Shown here one piece after another: positions 9,076 to 18,302 of a stretch of 64,000 nucleotides of DNA; the first letter of the stretch is position 1; each line of letters opens with the position of its first letter. Below the pieces are notes generated by a model. It had not been told where the DNA came from and ran no database searches. It saw only the letters and a program-made list of their open reading frames with translations. A program made the translations under genes and the position numbers. Where the stretch lies: the NCBI GenBank assembly GCA_035534315.1, contig DATLSD010000059.1, positions 5,369-69,368 on the forward strand. Reading direction: 5' to 3'. This stretch comes from Elusimicrobiota bacterium (GTDB taxonomy: Bacteria; Elusimicrobiota; Elusimicrobia; UBA1565; UBA9628).

Positions 9076-9266
9076 GGTCCGACTCCTCTGTTGCACCGGC
9101 GGCACCAAGCTCCGATGCGTCCGTTGATTGATTTGCGGGTCAACTTCAAAATCTCGCGGCAGCCGGGACAGTGGACGTCGAGGCCAGAGAGGTCCAGGCC
9201 GGGATAGTCTTTTTCGAAGACCTCCTGGCTCATGTGCCTGGGCTGAATCCACTTCCCGTCGTGCAT
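9072..9266 (-). CDS. small zinc-ribbon protein, unknown function
   Basis: 64-aa ORF starting 8 nt after the ispH stop, with CPGC...CRRC motifs. Third codon positions are G/C-rich. Its stop overlaps the start of the next ORF (ATGA at 9075-9072). Confidence 0.5.
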   Translation of the reverse strand: MHDGKWIQPRHMSQEVFEKDYPGLDLSGLDVHCPGCREILKLTRKSINGRIGAWCRRCNRGVGP

Positions 9267-9273
9267 GGGCGGC

Positions 9274-10248
9274 TTATTTTCCTTTCTTGATGATCTGCTC
9301 GAGCTCGTGGGGCAGGGCGAAGTGCATGTCCTCCTCCACGGTCTCGAACTCCTCGACCTGCGTGACGCCGAAGTGATCGCGGCAGTACTTGACCGTCTCC
9401 TGCACCAAAATCTCCGGGGCCGAGGCGCTGGCGGTCAGGCCCAGCGTGTGCACGCCCGCGAGCCACTCTTCCTTGATGCCGGAAGCCCGCTCGATGAGGT
9501 GGGAGTTGACGCCCTGGCCGCGCGCCACTTCGCATAGGCGGAGCGAGTTGGAACTGTTGGGCGCGCCCAGCACCAGCAAGAGATCCACGCGCGGGACCAT
9601 GGCCTTGACCGCGTTCTGGCGGTTCTGCGTGGCGTAGCAGATGTCGTCCTTGGCCGGCGGGCGCAGGTTGGGAAAACGCTTCTTCAAGACCTCGACGATC
9701 TGCTTGGTGTCGTCCAGGGATAAAGTCGTCTGGGTGAGGTAGGCCACCTTGGCCGGATCCTTGACCTGCACGGTCAAGGCTTCCTCGGGCGTGCCTACGA
9801 TTTGGATGTGGTCCGGAGCCTCGCCCATGGTGCCGATGGCTTCGACGTGCTCGGCGTGGCCGATGAGGATGATGGAGAACCCGCGCTTGGCGAGAGCAAT
9901 GGCTTCCAGATGCACCTTGGTCACCAGCGGGCAGGTGGCGTCGATGATCTTCAAGTCGCGGTTCTTGGCTTCCTGCTCCACCTGGGGGGCCACGCCGTGC
10001 GCCGAGAAAACCAGCCAGGAGCCTGCCGGGACTTCCTTCAAGTCCTCGACGAACACCGCGCCCTTGGCGCGCAGCTCGTCCACGACGTAGCGGTTGTGGA
10101 TGATTTCGTGGCGGACATAGACCGGCTTGCCGCAGATTTCGAGCGCTTTCTCCACCACGTCGATGGCGCGCACCACGCCGGCGCAAAAGCCGCGCAGCTT
10201 GGCCAGCACCAGCTTGTCGATTTTGACCTTCGTTTGCGTTTCAACCAT
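9274..10248 (-). CDS. ispH: 4-hydroxy-3-methylbut-2-enyl diphosphate reductase
   Basis: 324-aa ORF with a typical IspH/LytB sequence (RGFCAGVVRAI, HEIIHN, SAHGV, ATCPLVTKVH, nSSNS). Confidence 0.95.
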   Translation of the reverse strand: MVETQTKVKIDKLVLAKLRGFCAGVVRAIDVVEKALEICGKPVYVRHEIIHNRYVVDELRAKGAVFVEDLKEVPAGSWLVFSAHGVAPQVEQEAKNRDLKIIDATCPLVTKVHLEAIALAKRGFSIILIGHAEHVEAIGTMGEAPDHIQIVGTPEEALTVQVKDPAKVAYLTQTTLSLDDTKQIVEVLKKRFPNLRPPAKDDICYATQNRQNAVKAMVPRVDLLLVLGAPNSSNSLRLCEVARGQGVNSHLIERASGIKEEWLAGVHTLGLTASASAPEILVQETVKYCRDHFGVTQVEEFETVEEDMHFALPHELEQIIKKGK

Positions 10249-10263
10249 GGGGTGTCTCCAATC

Positions 10264-12177
10264 CTAGCGCGGGCTCGCCGCGGGGGCGGGCTCGGGTTTC
10301 TTGGCGGCGGATTTTCCCATCCATTCCGCCGTGCGCTGGTAAATCTTGGGTGCGGAGAGGCCCACCAAATCGTAGAGGATGCCCGGCGCGCCGTGGTCGA
10401 CGAATTTGTCGGGCAGGCCCAGGCGCAGGACCTGCGCCTTCAAGCCCAACTCGTCCATGGCTTCCAGGATGGCGGAGCCAAAGCCGCCTTCGAGCATGTT
10501 GTCCTCGATGGTGACCAAGCGCGGCGTCTTGGCGCAGGCTTCCCGCAGAAGCTCGACGTCCAGGGGCTTTACAAAGCGCATGTTGAGCACGCCGGCCGAG
10601 ATGCCGATGTCCTCCAGCTCCTTGGCGGCCTCCAGGGCCGGATGCACGCGCGAGCCGATGGCGACCAAGGTGACGTCCTTGCCGTCCTTCAAGCGCACGC
10701 CCTTGCCCACGGGCAGGACCTGTGGCTCCGCGTCCATCGCCACGCCCACGGACGCGCCGCGGGGATAGCGCAGGCTCGCCGGGCCCTGCAGCGTGAGCGC
10801 CGTATGCAGCATGTGCTGCAGCTCGTTCTCGTCCGCCGGCGCCATGACCGTCATGTTGGGCAGCATGCGCAGGTAGGAGTAGTCGAAGACGCCGTGGTGC
10901 GTGGGGCCGTCCTCGCCGACCAAGCCCGCGCGGTCAAGCGCGAAAACCACGGGGAGCTTCTGCAGGCAGATGTCGTGCTCGATTTGATCGTAGGCGCGCT
11001 GCAGGAAGGTCGAGTAAATCGCGACGACCGGGCGGTAGCCCTCGCAGGCCAAACCGCCGGCGAAGGTGACCGCGTGCGGCTCGGCCAGGCCCACGTCGAA
11101 GTAGCGGCGCGGGAAACGCTCGCGCATGGCGTCCATGCCGGTGCCCTCGGGCATGGCGGCCGTGATGCCGACCACGCGGGGGTCTCGCTCGCTTTCCTTG
11201 ACGACGGCCTTGGCGAAGACCGCGGTGTAGGACGGCGGCAGGGCCTTGGCCGCGGCGTTCTTGGCGAACTCGCCGGTCGTGGGGTCGAACTTGCCCGGGC
11301 CGTGCCACTTGATGGCGTCGGCCTCCGCCGGCGCGTAGCCCTTGCCCTTCTTGGTCACGCAGTGCAGCAGCACCGGGCCCTTGATCTCCTTGATGTGCCG
11401 CAGGACCTCGACCAGCCGGGTCACGTTGTGGCCGTCGACCGGGCCGAAGTAGGAAAATCCCATCTCCTCGAAGAGCATGCCGGGAAACAATAGCACCCGC
11501 GCGCGCTTGGCAAAGCGCATGATGCTCGCGCCCCAGAACTTGAAGCGCGCCAGGAATTTCGCCACGGACTCCTGGGCGCCGCGCACCGCGCCCAAGGTCA
11601 GGAGCTTGGTCAGGAACACGCCCAACGCGCCCACGCGGTGGGAGATGAACATCTGATTGTCGTTTAAGACCACCAGCAGATCGCTTTGCAGCATGCCCGC
11701 GTTCTGCAGGCCCTCGTAGGACTCGCCGCCTGTCATGCAGCCGTCCGAGACGATGGCCACGACCTTATTTTTCTCGCCTTTCAAGTCCCGGGCCACGGCC
11801 ATGCCCAGCGCGGCGGAAATCGCGGTCGAGGCGTGCCCCGCGCCGAAGGTATCGTAGGGGGATTCGGTGCGCTTTAAAAAGCCCGAGATGCCGCCGAATT
11901 GCCGGATGTCGGCCAAGCTCTCGCGGCGGCCGGTCAGGACTTTGTGCCCGTAGGTCTGGTGACCCGTGTCCCAGACCAGCTTATCCTTGGGCGTGTTGAA
12001 GACGTAGTGCAGGGCGACGGTGATGTCCGCGCAGCCCAGGCTCGAGCCGAAGTGCCCGCCGATTTTGGCCACCGTGTTGATGAGGTACTCCCGCACCTCG
12101 GCGACGACCGTGGGAAGCTTGTCGGGGCCGAGCTTGCGCAAATCTTCCGGGCTGTTGATTTTATCCAAAAGTTCCAT
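10264..12177 (-). CDS. dxs: 1-deoxy-D-xylulose-5-phosphate synthase
   Basis: 637-aa ORF with DXS hallmarks (GGHFGSSLG, WDTGHQTYGHK, GDGxMTGG thiamine-diphosphate motif). Confidence 0.95.
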   Translation of the reverse strand: MELLDKINSPEDLRKLGPDKLPTVVAEVREYLINTVAKIGGHFGSSLGCADITVALHYVFNTPKDKLVWDTGHQTYGHKVLTGRRESLADIRQFGGISGFLKRTESPYDTFGAGHASTAISAALGMAVARDLKGEKNKVVAIVSDGCMTGGESYEGLQNAGMLQSDLLVVLNDNQMFISHRVGALGVFLTKLLTLGAVRGAQESVAKFLARFKFWGASIMRFAKRARVLLFPGMLFEEMGFSYFGPVDGHNVTRLVEVLRHIKEIKGPVLLHCVTKKGKGYAPAEADAIKWHGPGKFDPTTGEFAKNAAAKALPPSYTAVFAKAVVKESERDPRVVGITAAMPEGTGMDAMRERFPRRYFDVGLAEPHAVTFAGGLACEGYRPVVAIYSTFLQRAYDQIEHDICLQKLPVVFALDRAGLVGEDGPTHHGVFDYSYLRMLPNMTVMAPADENELQHMLHTALTLQGPASLRYPRGASVGVAMDAEPQVLPVGKGVRLKDGKDVTLVAIGSRVHPALEAAKELEDIGISAGVLNMRFVKPLDVELLREACAKTPRLVTIEDNMLEGGFGSAILEAMDELGLKAQVLRLGLPDKFVDHGAPGILYDLVGLSAPKIYQRTAEWMGKSAAKKPEPAPAASPR

Positions 12178-13113
12178 TTAACGATCCCTCGCAATCACGT
12201 AATCGGCCAAGTCGTGGAGCATCTTGGCCTTTTGTCCGAACGGCGAAATCTTGCGGTGCGCCTGCGCGACGAGCGCGCGGGCCTTGGCGCGGGCCTTGGG
12301 AAGGCCGTAGAGCGCGGCGTAGGTCAGCTTCTGGTTCTGCGCGTCGGAGCCGTTCTTGCCCAGCTTCTTCTTGTCCCCGACCACGTCCAGGATGTCGTCC
12401 GCGATTTGAAAGGCCAAGCCCATGGCGAAGCCGTACTCGCGCAGGGCTTTGCGCTTGGCCGAAGAGGCCTTGGTCAGCACGGCGCCGGCCTCCAGGCTCG
12501 CGGCGATTAAGGCGGCGGTCTTTCTCCGGTGGATTTGCTCCAAGGCGCGCGCCGGGTCAAAGCCGTGGTTCTTGCCCTTCCACTCCTCAGCCTCCAAATC
12601 CGCCACCTGCCCGCCCACCATGCCCTGCGTTCCGGCGCCCTGGGCCAGCACGCGGATGAGTTCCGCGGTCGAGCGGGCGTCCAGGCCCAGCTCCTGGGCG
12701 TTGTCCGCCGCGGCCTCGAAAGCGTAGGTTAAGAGCCCGTCGCCGGCCAAAATCGCCATGGCCTCGCCGAAGACCTTGTGGTTGGTGGGCTTGCCGCGGC
12801 GCAAATCGTCGTCGTCCATGGCCGGCAGATCGTCGTGGATGAGGGAATAGGTGTGGATCATCTCCAGCGCCGCGGCGGCCCTGGCCACGCGCTCGGGCTT
12901 TTCGCCGCAGGCCTCGGCCGCGGCCATCACCAGGATGGGGCGCAGGCGCTTGCCGCCGGCGAAAATCGAATAACGCATGGCTTCGCGCACGGTCTTGGGC
13001 TCGCCGCTTTTGGGCTTGAAGAGCTTGGCCAAAGCCTTGTCCGCCAAGGCCAAGCGGCTCTTGAGATAAGATTCAAGCGCGGTCATGGTTTGCTTCCCAT
13101 TTCCTTCGGTCAT
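12178..13113 (-). CDS. ispA: farnesyl diphosphate synthase (polyprenyl synthetase family)
   Basis: The first Asp-rich motif, [21 protein letters not shown], matches the E. coli IspA sequence as I recall it. The second motif is FQIADDILD. The start at 13113 was chosen because it forms an ATGA overlap with the hpnG stop; an alternative ATG lies at 13086. Confidence 0.9.
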   Translation of the reverse strand: MTEGNGKQTMTALESYLKSRLALADKALAKLFKPKSGEPKTVREAMRYSIFAGGKRLRPILVMAAAEACGEKPERVARAAAALEMIHTYSLIHDDLPAMDDDDLRRGKPTNHKVFGEAMAILAGDGLLTYAFEAAADNAQELGLDARSTAELIRVLAQGAGTQGMVGGQVADLEAEEWKGKNHGFDPARALEQIHRRKTAALIAASLEAGAVLTKASSAKRKALREYGFAMGLAFQIADDILDVVGDKKKLGKNGSDAQNQKLTYAALYGLPKARAKARALVAQAHRKISPFGQKAKMLHDLADYVIARDR

Positions 13114-13838
13114 AGGCACGGGAGAAACTCCTGTAGGAACTCGGACAACACGCCCATGGCCCGGCGCTGGCGCCGCCCCAAGGACCAAAGCCGGACGAGG
13201 CTTCCCGCGTTGGCCGCGGCAAACTTGACGAGGCTTGCGGCGTCCTCGCCGGCAGGAACTCTCGAGGGCAGTTCTTCGTCAAGCTCATCTAAAATCACGC
13301 GCAGGGCCAGGGCCGGAACGCCGCGGCCTCTGGCCCAGCGCCGCACGGCGGCCGTCTCCATGTCCACGGCCAGTGCGCCGGTCTCTTCGCCCAGGGCCCT
13401 TTTTTGCGCGGGCGACGCGACGCCGTCTGAATTGACCACGCCGCCTAAATGCAGGGCCGCTCCGGTTTTTTTCGCGGCCGCGCGGGCGGCGTCCTTCCAG
13501 CGGGAGTGCTCATCGGGAATGTCCGCGACGATGCTGTCGGATTTGGCTTGAGCGTTTAAGGCGCCGGCCAGGCCGACGCTCAAGACGCGGGAAAGTTTTT
13601 CAGCGGGAAGAATCGTTCCTAGCGCGCGGGACGCGTTGTCCGCGCCCATGCCGGTTTTGACCAGCAGGACGGGCGTTTCTTGAACGCGGCCCGAGAACAG
13701 AAAAGTTCCGGCGGAAACAAGTTTCAGCCGCCGCGCCAAGGGCGCTGCTTCCCAGCGCGTCGCCGCGCACAGGAGAACCGCGCCGGTCCGCTCGGCCGGC
13801 GTCTGGGAAAGTTCCGGAGCTTCCGCCATCTCGATCAT
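13110..13838 (-). CDS. hpnG: hopanoid-associated phosphorylase (PNP/UDP family)
   Basis: 242-aa ORF with nucleoside-phosphorylase-like motifs ([19 protein letters not shown]). It sits between hpnA and ispA inside the hopanoid operon. Confidence 0.8.
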   Translation of the reverse strand: MIEMAEAPELSQTPAERTGAVLLCAATRWEAAPLARRLKLVSAGTFLFSGRVQETPVLLVKTGMGADNASRALGTILPAEKLSRVLSVGLAGALNAQAKSDSIVADIPDEHSRWKDAARAAAKKTGAALHLGGVVNSDGVASPAQKRALGEETGALAVDMETAAVRRWARGRGVPALALRVILDELDEELPSRVPAGEDAASLVKFAAANAGSLVRLWSLGRRQRRAMGVLSEFLQEFLPCL

Positions 13839-14866
13839 GCCGGGGTCAAATCCTGCGCGGCCGCGGCGGCGCGGCCTTTGACGTAGCTATGGTCAGTGAA
13901 ATAGCGCACGGCTTCCTTGAGCGCTTCCTCGGCCGGGCGGGGGGAATATCCCAGTTCCCGCTTGGCCTTGGATGAGTCAAACCACATGTAGTGCTTGGCC
14001 ATGCGCACGGCGTCCAGCGGCGCCAAGGGCTCGCCGCCGAAAATTCCCGCGCGGGCGCTGTCTATGGCCGCGAAAGCGTAGGCCACGGCGTATGGCGTCT
14101 TGAACTTGGGGGGCTTGGCGCCGGAAATCTTGGCGATGAGGAGCAGGATGTCCTTCAAAGTGAGGTTCTCGCCGCCCAAAATGTAGCGTTCGCCCACGCG
14201 GCCCTTCAAGGCGGCCAGGAGATGCCCCTGCGCCACGTCCTTGACCGCGACGATGTTTAATCCCGTATCGATGTAGGAAGGCATGCGACCGCTCAAAAAA
14301 TCCACCACGATTTTTCCCGTGGGCGTGGGCTTGACGTCGTAGGCGCCGATGGGCGCGGCGGGGTTGACCACTACGACGGGCCGTCCCTTGGCGGCCAAGT
14401 CCAAAACGGCGTTCTCGGCTAAAAATTTAGATTTCTTGTACGCGCCTACGATGGTCTCGGGGCCCGGATAATGGGAGCTCTCGTCGGCGGGGGTCTTGTC
14501 CGCCCGGACTTTAACCGCGGCCACGCTCGAGCAGTGCACCACGCGCTCGGCGCCCGCCTTGGCCGCGGCCTCGACCACGTTGATGGAACCCTGCACGTTG
14601 GCGGCCAGCATTTTCTCCGGCTTGGGCACCCAGACGCGGTAGTCGGCCGCGACATGGAAGACATAGCGCGCGCCCGCGGCGCCGCGGGCGAGGCTTTCCG
14701 GCGAGAGCAGATCGCCCTCGACGATGTCCACGTCCAGTCCCGCGAGATTTTTCCGGTTGGAGCCGGGGCGGGCCAAGGCCTTGACCTTGAAGCCCTTGTC
14801 CAGCAGCAGGCGGACCAGGTTGGCGCCGACGAAACCCGTGCCGCCGGTGACGAAAACGGTGTCCAT
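13835..14866 (-). CDS. hpnA: NAD-dependent epimerase/dehydratase, hopanoid-associated sugar epimerase type
   Basis: The start was moved to ATG 14866 (MDTVFVTGGTGFVGANLV, a Rossmann GxxGxxG). It overlaps the hpnH stop by 1 nt. A YxxxK motif (YKKSK) is present. Confidence 0.8.
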   Translation of the reverse strand: MDTVFVTGGTGFVGANLVRLLLDKGFKVKALARPGSNRKNLAGLDVDIVEGDLLSPESLARGAAGARYVFHVAADYRVWVPKPEKMLAANVQGSINVVEAAAKAGAERVVHCSSVAAVKVRADKTPADESSHYPGPETIVGAYKKSKFLAENAVLDLAAKGRPVVVVNPAAPIGAYDVKPTPTGKIVVDFLSGRMPSYIDTGLNIVAVKDVAQGHLLAALKGRVGERYILGGENLTLKDILLLIAKISGAKPPKFKTPYAVAYAFAAIDSARAGIFGGEPLAPLDAVRMAKHYMWFDSSKAKRELGYSPRPAEEALKEAVRYFTDHSYVKGRAAAAAQDLTPA

Positions 14867-16011
14867 CAAGCGCGCGGCGTGAGAGAGCCCTCCTCGCTCT
14901 TGGTTTGGGAAGCGGCGGGCGCGGCTGCCGCCACGGTTTCTTCGTAGCTCGCGTCCGGCCGGCGCGGGTAGGCGCGCTTGGCCTTTAAGGGGCCGTGGAT
15001 GGAGGCGTAGTCCTTCACCAGGTCGAAGAACCGGCTCCAGCTGGAAAATCCGTCCTTGACCGCGGTGGGCTCGAAGCCGCAGTGGGTCATGCAGTTGGCG
15101 CACTTGGGATTGCCCGACGCGTGGCCGTACTGCGACCAGTCCGTGGTCTCCAAAAGCTCCTTGTAGGTCTTGGCGTAGCCCGCGTCGGCCATCAGGTAGC
15201 AGGGCTTCTGCCAGCCAAAGACGTTCCGGAGAGGCAGGCCCCAGGGCGTGCAGTCGTAGTCGCGCTTGCCTTCCAGGAAGTCCAGGTAGAACGGGCTGTG
15301 GTTGAAGTCCCAGCCCTTCGTGCGCCAGTCCTTCAAGGTCTCGCGGAACCAGGCCTTGGTCTGCTCGTTCTTGAGGAAGATGTCCTGCTGAGGCGCCTTC
15401 TCGTAGGCGTAGCCGGGGGAGATCATCATGCCGTCGGCGCCCAAGGCCATCACCTCGTCGAAGAAGCGGCGGAACTCGTCCGAGCTCTCGCCCTGGAAGA
15501 TGGTGGTGTTGGTCATGACGTTGAAGCCCTTGGACTTGGCGAGCTTAATCGCCGAAACCGCGGTCTTGTAGACTCCGTCGCGGCAGACCGCTCGGTCGTG
15601 GGTCTTTTCCAGGCCGTCCAAGTGGATGGAGAAGATGAGGTTGGGGCTGGGCTTGAACTTGTGGATGTTGCGCTCGAGCAAGATGGCGTTGGAGCAGAGA
15701 TAAATGAACTTGCCGCGCTCGATGAGCCCGTCGACGATGCGCCCGATTTCCGTGTGGACCAGGGGCTCGCCGCCGGCCACGGTCACCACGGGCGCGCCGC
15801 ACTCCTCGGCCGACTCCCAGCACTCCTCGGGGGTCAGGCGCTTGCGCAGGATGTCGGTGGGATACTGGATCTTGCCGCAGCCCGCGCACTCGAGGTTGCA
15901 GGCGAAGAGGGGCTCGAGCATCATCACGACCGGATATTTCTCGACGCCCTTTAACTTCTGGGCGACGAGATATTTGAAAACGGACATTTGCATCTGCCAA
16001 GGGGAAGGCAT
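14866..16011 (-). CDS. hpnH: adenosyl-hopene transferase (radical SAM)
   Basis: 381-aa ORF with the radical SAM motif CNLECAGCGK close to the N-terminus. It lies directly downstream of shc. Confidence 0.9.
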   Translation of the reverse strand: MPSPWQMQMSVFKYLVAQKLKGVEKYPVVMMLEPLFACNLECAGCGKIQYPTDILRKRLTPEECWESAEECGAPVVTVAGGEPLVHTEIGRIVDGLIERGKFIYLCSNAILLERNIHKFKPSPNLIFSIHLDGLEKTHDRAVCRDGVYKTAVSAIKLAKSKGFNVMTNTTIFQGESSDEFRRFFDEVMALGADGMMISPGYAYEKAPQQDIFLKNEQTKAWFRETLKDWRTKGWDFNHSPFYLDFLEGKRDYDCTPWGLPLRNVFGWQKPCYLMADAGYAKTYKELLETTDWSQYGHASGNPKCANCMTHCGFEPTAVKDGFSSWSRFFDLVKDYASIHGPLKAKRAYPRRPDASYEETVAAAAPAASQTKSEEGSLTPRA

Positions 16012-16037
16012 GGTTTATTCTCCTGGTGCCGGCCGCA

Positions 16038-18203
16038 TTAGATTGCGGCCGGCGTGCCGTCAGCGGCCGCGGATTCCGCGCCAAAATCCCTCTCCTGTTT
16101 CTTGAGAAGCTTGAGATAGGTTCCCAAGGCTTGGAGTGGGAAATAGCGGCGGTACATGGTGTATTCGAGGTAGAAAACTTTGGGGAATCCCGTGCCTGTG
16201 TATTCGGTCTCATCCCATGAGCCGTCCTGCTTCTGGGTCGCGACGAGGTGCGCCATGCCGCGGGCGACAGAGTCGTCCATGACGCCGGCGGCCATGAGCC
16301 CCATGACGGCCCAGGCGGTCTGCGACGGCGTGGAGGGGCCGCGGCCCTTCTTGGACGTGTCCGCGTACGTTTCGCAGGTCTCGCCCCAGCCGCCGTCTTC
16401 TTTTTGCACGGACTTAAGCCAGGCCACGGCTTTTTGGATGTAGGTCTGGCTCATGTCCTCTTCGATGGCGGCCAAGCCCCGCAGGACCTGCCAGGTGCCG
16501 TAAATGTAGTTGACGTTCCAGCGGCCGAACCATGAGCCGTCCTCTTCCTGGTTCTTGCGGATGAAGCGCACGGCTTTTTCCACGCAGGCGTAGCTCCGGT
16601 CGTAGCCGACGTAGCCCAGAAATTCCAGCACGCGCCCGGTGACGTCCACGGACGGCGGATCGATCATCGCGTTATGATCGGCGAAGGGAATTTTGGTGAA
16701 AATCGCCTTGGTGTTGTCCTTGTCGAACGCGGCCCAGCCGCCGTCGGCGCACTGCATGGAGAGCACCCAGTTGAGGCCCCGCAGGCAGGCTTTTTCGCGC
16801 GCCTGCGAGAGGGGCTCTTCCAGGTGGACGTGGCGCAGGGCCAGCATGACCATGGCGCTGTCGTCGACGTCCGGGTAAAATGGGTTGTTGAACTCGAAGT
16901 ACCAGCCGCCCGGCTGGCCCTGGGGGTTGTTGACCTTCCAGTCGCCGACGACCTTGACCTCCTTGGAGATGAGCCAGTCGGTTGCCTTGACCAGCGCGGG
17001 GTTGTCGCTGGCCAGGCCGGACTCCGCCAGCGCGATGACGGAAATCGCGGTGTCCCACACGGGCGACCAGCTCGGCTGCATCTCGAGCTTGGAGCCGGGA
17101 ACCTCCAGAAATTCCAGCGCGCGCAGCTGTTCCATCAGCCGCGGGTCGGTGTCGGAGTATCCCAGGCACTTCATGGCCATGATGGTGTTGACGATGCCGG
17201 GGTAGATGGCGCCCAGGCCGTCGGAGTCCTGCAGGCGCTCCAAAATCCAGTCCTCGGCCAGGCGCAGGGCCCATAGGCGGATCCAATGGCCGCCGTGGCC
17301 TTCGATGGTCTTCAAGCCCTTGTCCCACCAGAGGAAAAACGAAGTCCAGGAGATGAACCCGTGCGGAGCCACCGCCTCCTTAAGAGGGACGTGGCGCCGG
17401 GAGTCGGGGAAGAGTTCGTCCAAGACCGCGTGCGGCGGGCATGAAATCGGCGGGCGGTTCGCCCAGACCACGCTCAAGGGGATGACGATGGAGCGCGTCC
17501 AGGACGAGACCTGGTAGATGTTGAAGTAAAACCACTTGGGGAAGAGCATGAGCTCGGGTGGAATCGTGGGCACGCCGCGCCAGTCGTATTGGCCGAACAC
17601 GGCCATGTAAAACTTGGTGTAAGTGTTGACTTTGTGGATGCCGCCCAGTTCCTTGATCCGGCGCCGGGCCGCGGCCAAGCGCGGATCATCCTGCGAATGG
17701 CCGGCGAACTTGAGCGCCCAATAGGCTTTGACCGTGGCGGAAATATCCGAGGGTCCGTGGCGGTAGATTGGCCAGCCGCCGTCGGGGAGCTGCTCGCTCA
17801 GGATGTGATCGGCCAAGCCGCGGATTTTGGGGGAATCGCCCCGGCCTAGGAAGTTGAACAGCATGACAGTGTCGGATTCCAGCGTCGTGTCGGCCCGCAG
17901 CGGCTCGTACCAATAGCCGTCTTCCTGGTTCTGTATGCTCAAAAGCGAGTTTTGCGCGCGCGCGATGCTTTCCTTAAGCTCCCTGGGAGCGTCGGCGTGC
18001 GCGTGGGAGCCCGAACGGGAGGGCTTCAAGTTTTCCGTCCACCCGTCCGGTTTTTTGTCGGCGGCGAGCCAATTGGAGACGAGATTCTTGATCATCGGCG
18101 GCAACTGATTATAGCGAATTCCGAGGGAGGCGTTCAATTTCGACTCCGAACGCGCAGCGGCGTCGTCTTCGGGCTTCTCGGGTCCGGACGGGCGTGGCGA
18201 CAT
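16038..18203 (-). CDS. shc: squalene-hopene cyclase
   Basis: 721-aa ORF with the catalytic DxDD motif (DVDDSAMV) and repeated QW motifs (QxxDGSW/GGW). Confidence 0.95.
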   Translation of the reverse strand: MSPRPSGPEKPEDDAAARSESKLNASLGIRYNQLPPMIKNLVSNWLAADKKPDGWTENLKPSRSGSHAHADAPRELKESIARAQNSLLSIQNQEDGYWYEPLRADTTLESDTVMLFNFLGRGDSPKIRGLADHILSEQLPDGGWPIYRHGPSDISATVKAYWALKFAGHSQDDPRLAAARRRIKELGGIHKVNTYTKFYMAVFGQYDWRGVPTIPPELMLFPKWFYFNIYQVSSWTRSIVIPLSVVWANRPPISCPPHAVLDELFPDSRRHVPLKEAVAPHGFISWTSFFLWWDKGLKTIEGHGGHWIRLWALRLAEDWILERLQDSDGLGAIYPGIVNTIMAMKCLGYSDTDPRLMEQLRALEFLEVPGSKLEMQPSWSPVWDTAISVIALAESGLASDNPALVKATDWLISKEVKVVGDWKVNNPQGQPGGWYFEFNNPFYPDVDDSAMVMLALRHVHLEEPLSQAREKACLRGLNWVLSMQCADGGWAAFDKDNTKAIFTKIPFADHNAMIDPPSVDVTGRVLEFLGYVGYDRSYACVEKAVRFIRKNQEEDGSWFGRWNVNYIYGTWQVLRGLAAIEEDMSQTYIQKAVAWLKSVQKEDGGWGETCETYADTSKKGRGPSTPSQTAWAVMGLMAAGVMDDSVARGMAHLVATQKQDGSWDETEYTGTGFPKVFYLEYTMYRRYFPLQALGTYLKLLKKQERDFGAESAAADGTPAAI

Positions 18204-18302
18204 TCCTTTTATTATATGCTGAAACCGGGCCCGGAGCCTGGGCCTCTGGGCCTAATCAAGGCGGAAAAAAGGCCTAGGAAACGCGGGCAAATGATGGGGC
18301 GA

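Noticed and set aside
9802-11493. 563-aa plus-strand ORF
   Set aside because: It lies antisense to dxs and ispH, which are unambiguous. The composition is low-complexity (Ala/Gly/Asp/Arg/Val).
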